Assembly (NCBI GenBank): GCA_021323655.1
Contig: JAJPKO010000043.1
Location: forward strand, 22,337 to 86,336
Direction: 5' to 3'
DNA length: 64,000 nt
Origin: Acidobacteriaceae bacterium
Lineage (GTDB): Bacteria > Acidobacteriota > Terriglobia > Terriglobales > Acidobacteriaceae
Below are positions 59,219-64,000 of the stretch, piece by piece (position 1 is the stretch's first letter; the number at the start of each line of letters is the position of its first letter). A program made the position numbers and the translations under genes. The notes beneath the pieces are model-generated. The model saw only the letters and a program-made list of their open reading frames with translations. It had not been told where the DNA came from and searched no databases.

Positions 59219-60877
59219 GTGCCAACGAACCCCGCCAATCGCCCAGCCCCGGAGCCCCGGCTACAAAGCAACCCTCCAGCAATCACTCCAGGCAACGAGA
59301 CAAACCCTGATGCTTCAGCCTTTCACAGCATCCTGACCGAGTGTCAGGATGTCGACGGGCAGTCTGAGATCCAGGAAGCTCCTGGATTCTTTAGCGATCT
59401 CAATCTCGATCAGATCGTCGGCACGATCACGGCCGGACGAGAACAGTACGATTTGAAGCCACTCTTCTATACGCCCCTAAAGACCGTTGAGGCTGTTCAC
59501 TATCGGCAGGACGTCTTCCGCGATCTTTCAGGGAATTTCCGCCTATTGGAACTGGTTCGTTCATTTGCGGAAAGAATGCGGGAGATGCGAACTCTTCTCG
59601 CGATTTCCGAAAAGCGATACTACAAACGTCAAAAGCAAGCCGCCTTTCTCGATGCCGTTGAAACATACTGCAATACTGTCACGGTGCTTAAGGAAGGCCT
59701 GCTCTCCACAGGTCCTGCGTCGCGAGGATTCCAGGCGCTTCGCGGTTTTCTTGTCCGCTACACCGGCTCAGAAGAGTTCACCAGCCTGAAGAAGGAAACG
59801 GAGCGGGTCAGAGCAGAGCTCGCGAAGGTCCGATATTCGCTTCACATCCATCAGGGGCGTGTCACGGTCAACCGCACTGACACGGAAGGCGACTACAGCG
59901 AGGAAGTTCTCAGAACCTTCGAAAAATTCCGGCAGACGGATCCGCGAAGCCATCGCTTCAAGGTTCCCCTATCGATTGAGATGAATCACATTGAGGCACG
60001 AATCCTCGATCTGGTCTCCGCATTGCATTCGGAAGCATTTGCCCGCCTAGACGCGTATTGCGACCGATACCGCAACTACTGTCATCAGCTGATTGCCAGA
60101 TTCGATCGCGAAGTACAGTTCTACATCGCCTATCTCGAACAACTGGAACAGTTGAAGAAGGCAGCGCTTCCGTTCTGTTTCCCAGGCGTGAGCAGCCATT
60201 CGAAGGAAGTGCAGGCGCTCGACACCTACGATGTTGCGCTTGCGAATCAGCTGATTCATGCCCGGAAAGATGTGGTTAAAAACAGCTTTTGCTTGAACGA
60301 ACCCGAGCGCACTTTAGTCGTCTCTGGGCCCAATCAAGGCGGGAAGACCACGTTTGCGCGCACCTTTGGACAGCTACATTATCTGGCGGCTCTGGGCTGT
60401 CCGGTGGCGGGCATCTCAACAAAATTATTCCTATTTGATCGACTCTTTACGCACTTCGAGAAGGAAGAGGACATTCAAAATCTACGCGGGAAGCTTGAAG
60501 ACGAGCTGATCCGCATCAACGAGATTCTTGAGAATGCGACAGCGAACAGCATCCTCATAACGAACGAGAGCTTTTTGTCGACGACGATGAACGACGCTCT
60601 CTTTCTCAGCCGCGAGGTGATGAAGCGGATCGCCGCTCTCGATATGCTTTGCGTGACTGTTACGTTTCTCGATGAATTGGCTTCATTCAACGAAACGACT
60701 GTAAGCATGGTCAGCACGGTGAATCCCACGGATCCGCAGCAGCGGACATTCAAAGTGATCCGGAGACCGGCTGATGGCCTTGCTTACGCAGCAGCGATCG
60801 CCGAGAAATATCACCTGACCTACGAGGCAGTGAAGACGCGGGTAGGTGCGAGGGAAAGCGAGGTGAACGAGTCATGA
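59219..60877 (+). CDS. MutS-related ATPase (domain V type, no mismatch-binding domain recognised) 1
   Basis: Walker A is VVSGPNQGGKTTFARTFGQL. The Walker B-like segment is SILITNESFLSTT. The GTG at 59219 lies 6 nt after AGGAG; the track start TTG at 59213 has no spacing. Confidence 0.7.
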   Translation: MPTNPANRPAPEPRLQSNPPAITPGNETNPDASAFHSILTECQDVDGQSEIQEAPGFFSDLNLDQIVGTITAGREQYDLKPLFYTPLKTVEAVHYRQDVFRDLSGNFRLLELVRSFAERMREMRTLLAISEKRYYKRQKQAAFLDAVETYCNTVTVLKEGLLSTGPASRGFQALRGFLVRYTGSEEFTSLKKETERVRAELAKVRYSLHIHQGRVTVNRTDTEGDYSEEVLRTFEKFRQTDPRSHRFKVPLSIEMNHIEARILDLVSALHSEAFARLDAYCDRYRNYCHQLIARFDREVQFYIAYLEQLEQLKKAALPFCFPGVSSHSKEVQALDTYDVALANQLIHARKDVVKNSFCLNEPERTLVVSGPNQGGKTTFARTFGQLHYLAALGCPVAGISTKLFLFDRLFTHFEKEEDIQNLRGKLEDELIRINEILENATANSILITNESFLSTTMNDALFLSREVMKRIAALDMLCVTVTFLDELASFNETTVSMVSTVNPTDPQQRTFKVIRRPADGLAYAAAIAEKYHLTYEAVKTRVGARESEVNES

Positions 60878-62418
60878 AAGTCTTCCTCATGTTTCGGGAC
60901 CACGACTTTGTCCTCGACGAGGGTATCCCGGAAAATGCGCAAGAAACGATTCAGGATCTTGAGTTGAACACCCTGTTTCGGGCCGTGGCTGGCGGCGATG
61001 ATTTTCTACTGCAAGTTGCGAAAGGTGCCGTGCTCGCAAGCCTCAAGAATCGAGAATCCATCCTTTATCGGCAGGAGGTGCTTGCGGACTGCCTGGCATT
61101 CCCCGACATTGCGCGAGATCTCTACGCTCTCGCAGTTGATGCCATTGAACGCGAGAGCCGGATCTGGGGTTGGTTCGCGCTTTCTTCTCCGGACTCGCTG
61201 CTGCACCGATCGGTCGAAGCTTTGGGACTTCTTATTGGGTTGCTTGAGCGCCTAAGAAAACTGGCTGATGAACACAGTTCCAAATTCCGCTCAGAAGGCT
61301 TCCGGTGGTTCTTTGGCATGGCCACTCAGGAACTGTCCGATAGCTACCTGCAAGCTGTGAAGGACCACCTGGTAAGACTGGAGTTCCGCGGCGGCGTTCA
61401 AATGAGCGCCGATCTGGGGCGCGATTTTCGAGGCTCCAATTACACTCTCCACAGCCTTGAGGTAGAGGCACTGGGTTGGTTCGAACAGGTCCGGGAATGG
61501 GTCGGCCAGATCACGCGCAAAGATGACTCGGGGCTGTCATTCGACGTTGACCCACGCGACGAGGCGGGCTTCCGTGCATTGGAAGCGCTCAGAACGGAGG
61601 GGATCGCCAATGTCGCTATTGCGTTGGCGCAATCGAGCGATCACATTCTTAGTTTCTTTAAGGCGCTGCGATTGGAATTGGGATTCTATATAGGATGCCT
61701 AAATCTGCGGGACAAACTCGCCGCGAAACAGGAGCCCTTCTGCATTCCAAATCCACTGCCAGAGAAAGACGAAGTACTTCGGTGCCAGGGAATCTACGAC
61801 GTTTGCTTGACCCTGAACACAGCCGAGCGGGTGGTCGGCAACGACGTCTGCGGGGAGAAAAAAGCCTTGGTTGTGATTACGGGCGCCAACCGCGGCGGCA
61901 AGTCGACACTCTTACGGAGCTTTGGCGTGGCTCAGCTGATGATGCAGTGCGGCATGTTCGTACCGGCGCGCGAATTCCATGCGAATGTCTGCCAGGGCAT
62001 CTTTACCCATTTCAAGCGAGAAGAAGATGCCAGCATGAAAAGTGGCAAACTGGACGAAGAACTCAGCAGAATGAATGCCATTGTAGAGCGAATTACACCT
62101 CGTTGCGTGCTTCTTCTAAATGAGTCGTTTGCTTCAACCAATGAGCGGGAGGGGTCGGAAATCGCCAGACAGATCGTTCGCGCTCTCCTTGAAAAACAGG
62201 TAAAGATTCTCTATGTCACGCACATGTTCGATCTGGCGGATGGGTTTCATCGGCAGCACATGGAGTCTGCACTCTTTCTTCGTGCCGAGCGCCTCGAGGA
62301 CGGCACGCGTACTTTCCGCCTTTTGGAAGGGGTGCCTGAGAGAACCAGCTATGGGGAAGATCTGTTCCGGCGCATTTTTCAGGCTGAACCTGAGAGCCTT
62401 CAGCCCACCGCGCAGTGA
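60874..62418 (+). CDS. MutS-related ATPase (domain V type) 2
   Basis: Walker A is VVITGANRGGKSTLLRSFGVAQLMMQCGMFVPA. The Walker B-like segment is VLLLNESFASTNEREG. Its ATG overlaps the upstream stop. Confidence 0.7.
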   Translation: MKVFLMFRDHDFVLDEGIPENAQETIQDLELNTLFRAVAGGDDFLLQVAKGAVLASLKNRESILYRQEVLADCLAFPDIARDLYALAVDAIERESRIWGWFALSSPDSLLHRSVEALGLLIGLLERLRKLADEHSSKFRSEGFRWFFGMATQELSDSYLQAVKDHLVRLEFRGGVQMSADLGRDFRGSNYTLHSLEVEALGWFEQVREWVGQITRKDDSGLSFDVDPRDEAGFRALEALRTEGIANVAIALAQSSDHILSFFKALRLELGFYIGCLNLRDKLAAKQEPFCIPNPLPEKDEVLRCQGIYDVCLTLNTAERVVGNDVCGEKKALVVITGANRGGKSTLLRSFGVAQLMMQCGMFVPAREFHANVCQGIFTHFKREEDASMKSGKLDEELSRMNAIVERITPRCVLLLNESFASTNEREGSEIARQIVRALLEKQVKILYVTHMFDLADGFHRQHMESALFLRAERLEDGTRTFRLLEGVPERTSYGEDLFRRIFQAEPESLQPTAQ

Positions 62419-62477
62419 TGATCCGACAAGGAGTAATGAAATAAGAATTCAAACTGCGGTCACGATGGATACCGGGA

Positions 62478-63689
62478 ATGGACCTTGTCGACAAAAACAT
62501 CGACCGACATAACAACCGGCCGCCGAACCCGAACCACAATGCGGCTCTCAGATTCGTTCTGCTCATTGGTGTGCTGAGCTTCTTTGCCGATTTCACCTAT
62601 GAGGGCGCTCGCAGCGTATATGGCCCGTTTCTCGCTAGTTTGGCAGCGAGCGCGACGGTGGTCAGCATTGTCGCAGGTTTCGGCGAACTGGTTGGATACG
62701 GTTTCCGCCTAGTATCGGGACGGTGGGCAGACCGGACCGGAAACTTCTGGCCCATCGCAATCTTCGGCTATTTTGTGCAGTTGCTCGCAGTACCGGCTCT
62801 GGCCCTGGCGCACAACTGGCCGACCGCTGCGGTACTGATCATCCTGGAACGGTTTGGGAGAGCAACTCGTAATCCGCCTCGTGATGCGATGCTTTCGCAC
62901 GCCGGCAGCGAGATCGGCTTTGGCTGGGCCTTCGGCGTACATGAGGCCCTCGACCAGTTTGGTGCTCTTTTTGGGCCGTTGCTGGTGGCTGCGATCCTGG
63001 CATGGCGGGGAAGCTATCGTCTCGCTTTTGCAGCCTTGCTTATCCCAATGACCATTTGCTTGAGCATGGTTTTGATCGCGCGGCATATCTACCCGAGGCC
63101 GCACGACCTAGAGGTCCAGGCCGGAAACGTGAAGACGAAGGGGCTTCCGGGCACCTTCTGGACGTACTTGGCTGGCGCAGCGTTGGTCGCGACAGGATTC
63201 GCCGATTTTCCGCTAATTGCCTACCACTTCACTCGGGCATCGACTGTGCCGAAAGACATCGTGCCGGTTGCATATGCAATTGCGATGGGCGTGAGCGGAA
63301 CTGGATCACTCGTGTTCGGCAGGTGGTTCGATCGTTTTGGAGTTGTTATTCTTATCCCTCTGACACTCATCGCTTCAGCTTTCGCTCCCCTGGTCTTCCT
63401 GGGAGGCTTTTGGCCTGCCTTGATTGGCGCAGCAGTGTGGGGGCTTGGCATGGGTGTGCACGAGTCGATCATTCCCGCGGTCGTTGCGCCAATGGTCTCT
63501 TCGGATCGGCGCGCTTCCGCATACGGACTCTTTACCGCGGGATACGGGATCTTCTGGTTTATCGGCAGCGCCATTATGGGGGTTCTTTATGACCGCTCGG
63601 TGTCAGGAACGGTCATCTTCTGTGTGGCAACCCAACTGGCTGCGATTCCATTGTTTCTCGCCGTTAGACGGCGGACAATTCCGGGGTAA
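62478..63689 (+). CDS. MFS transporter
   Basis: 403 aa with about 12 hydrophobic segments. SGRWADRTG is the MFS loop 2-3 type motif. Confidence 0.75.
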   Translation: MDLVDKNIDRHNNRPPNPNHNAALRFVLLIGVLSFFADFTYEGARSVYGPFLASLAASATVVSIVAGFGELVGYGFRLVSGRWADRTGNFWPIAIFGYFVQLLAVPALALAHNWPTAAVLIILERFGRATRNPPRDAMLSHAGSEIGFGWAFGVHEALDQFGALFGPLLVAAILAWRGSYRLAFAALLIPMTICLSMVLIARHIYPRPHDLEVQAGNVKTKGLPGTFWTYLAGAALVATGFADFPLIAYHFTRASTVPKDIVPVAYAIAMGVSGTGSLVFGRWFDRFGVVILIPLTLIASAFAPLVFLGGFWPALIGAAVWGLGMGVHESIIPAVVAPMVSSDRRASAYGLFTAGYGIFWFIGSAIMGVLYDRSVSGTVIFCVATQLAAIPLFLAVRRRTIPG

Positions 63690-64000
63690 AAACCACTTCG
63701 GCCATTCATCGACTTTAATCATTCCTCGAAGGACGAGGCTTGAGGCCGAGCGCAGAGCAGTAATCCAGGCCGAAACCGTTTATCCGAGCAAGAAATTCCA
63801 AAACCCCAATAGCAGGTCATTTTTGGCGTCAATACCAAGCGTCCGATTGTGGCAGGAAGTACAAAGGAGCGGCCGCAACGTGCTTTTAACCACGCCCAGA
63901 AATCAATGCTCGGTTTGAAAGTCGTGTTCGAATGGAAGCGGGGATGAGCCGCTCGCCGGCGGCGTGGATCTTTAGTTGACGATCCAAGCACGTCGAATGC

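Noticed and set aside
63719-64000. Minus-strand open frame running in from the right window edge (…IDFWAWLKARCGRSFVLPATIGRLVLTPK…)
   Set aside because: It could be the 3' end of a gene that starts beyond the window. I recognise no family, however, and the composition is compatible with a chance ORF.

Overview
A 64 kb stretch of high-GC bacterial chromosome. It is probably from Acidobacteriota, inferred only from the CarboxypepD_reg-type TonB-dependent receptors. I read it as five blocks.

(1) 1-390: the 5' part of nikR on the minus strand. It is absent from the ORF track because it has no stop codon inside the window.

(2) About 0.5-22.2 kb: a plasmid/ICE-derived island remnant.
- It carries an NPPY methylase plus an SNF2 helicase, a DUF433/DUF5615 pair and an Xre-RES toxin-antitoxin pair.
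- It carries a PRTRC ubiquitin-like cassette (proteins C, F, B, ThiF, E). An opposite-strand pair (TIR gene plus single-TM gene) splits that cassette.
- It also carries DUF932, a Gp157-like gene and a frameshifted dinB.
- I recognise no integrase, relaxase or T4SS.

(3) About 22.7-35.2 kb: an iron/copper block. It holds bfr, fur, two TonB-dependent receptors, a PiuC-like hydroxylase, a frameshifted multicopper oxidase, a truncated receptor fragment and a nirK with four frameshifts.

(4) About 35.8-43.7 kb: a defence-type island. It holds a Ubl/E2/E1 operon with a convergent JAB gene (Bil-like ubiquitination module), a divergent MerR regulator, a second TIR protein, an XRE plus a small ORF, and a decayed zf-HC2 anti-sigma-like gene.

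(5) About 43.8-62.4 kb: the most interesting part. I read four sequences that fit the fluoride (crcB-motif) riboswitch, each followed by an SD-sequestering hairpin. They sit in front of:
- an antiporter remnant plus eno;
- a dynamin-like GTPase, then crcB, a CxxC protein, three DUF190 domains and possibly USP;
- a six-gene Hyf/complex-I-like membrane operon whose large subunit lacks the NiFe cysteines;
- two tandem MutS-related ATPases.

An MFS transporter follows. I found no rRNA, tRNA, CRISPR array or transposase. All homology calls come from motif recognition by eye; no searches were run.
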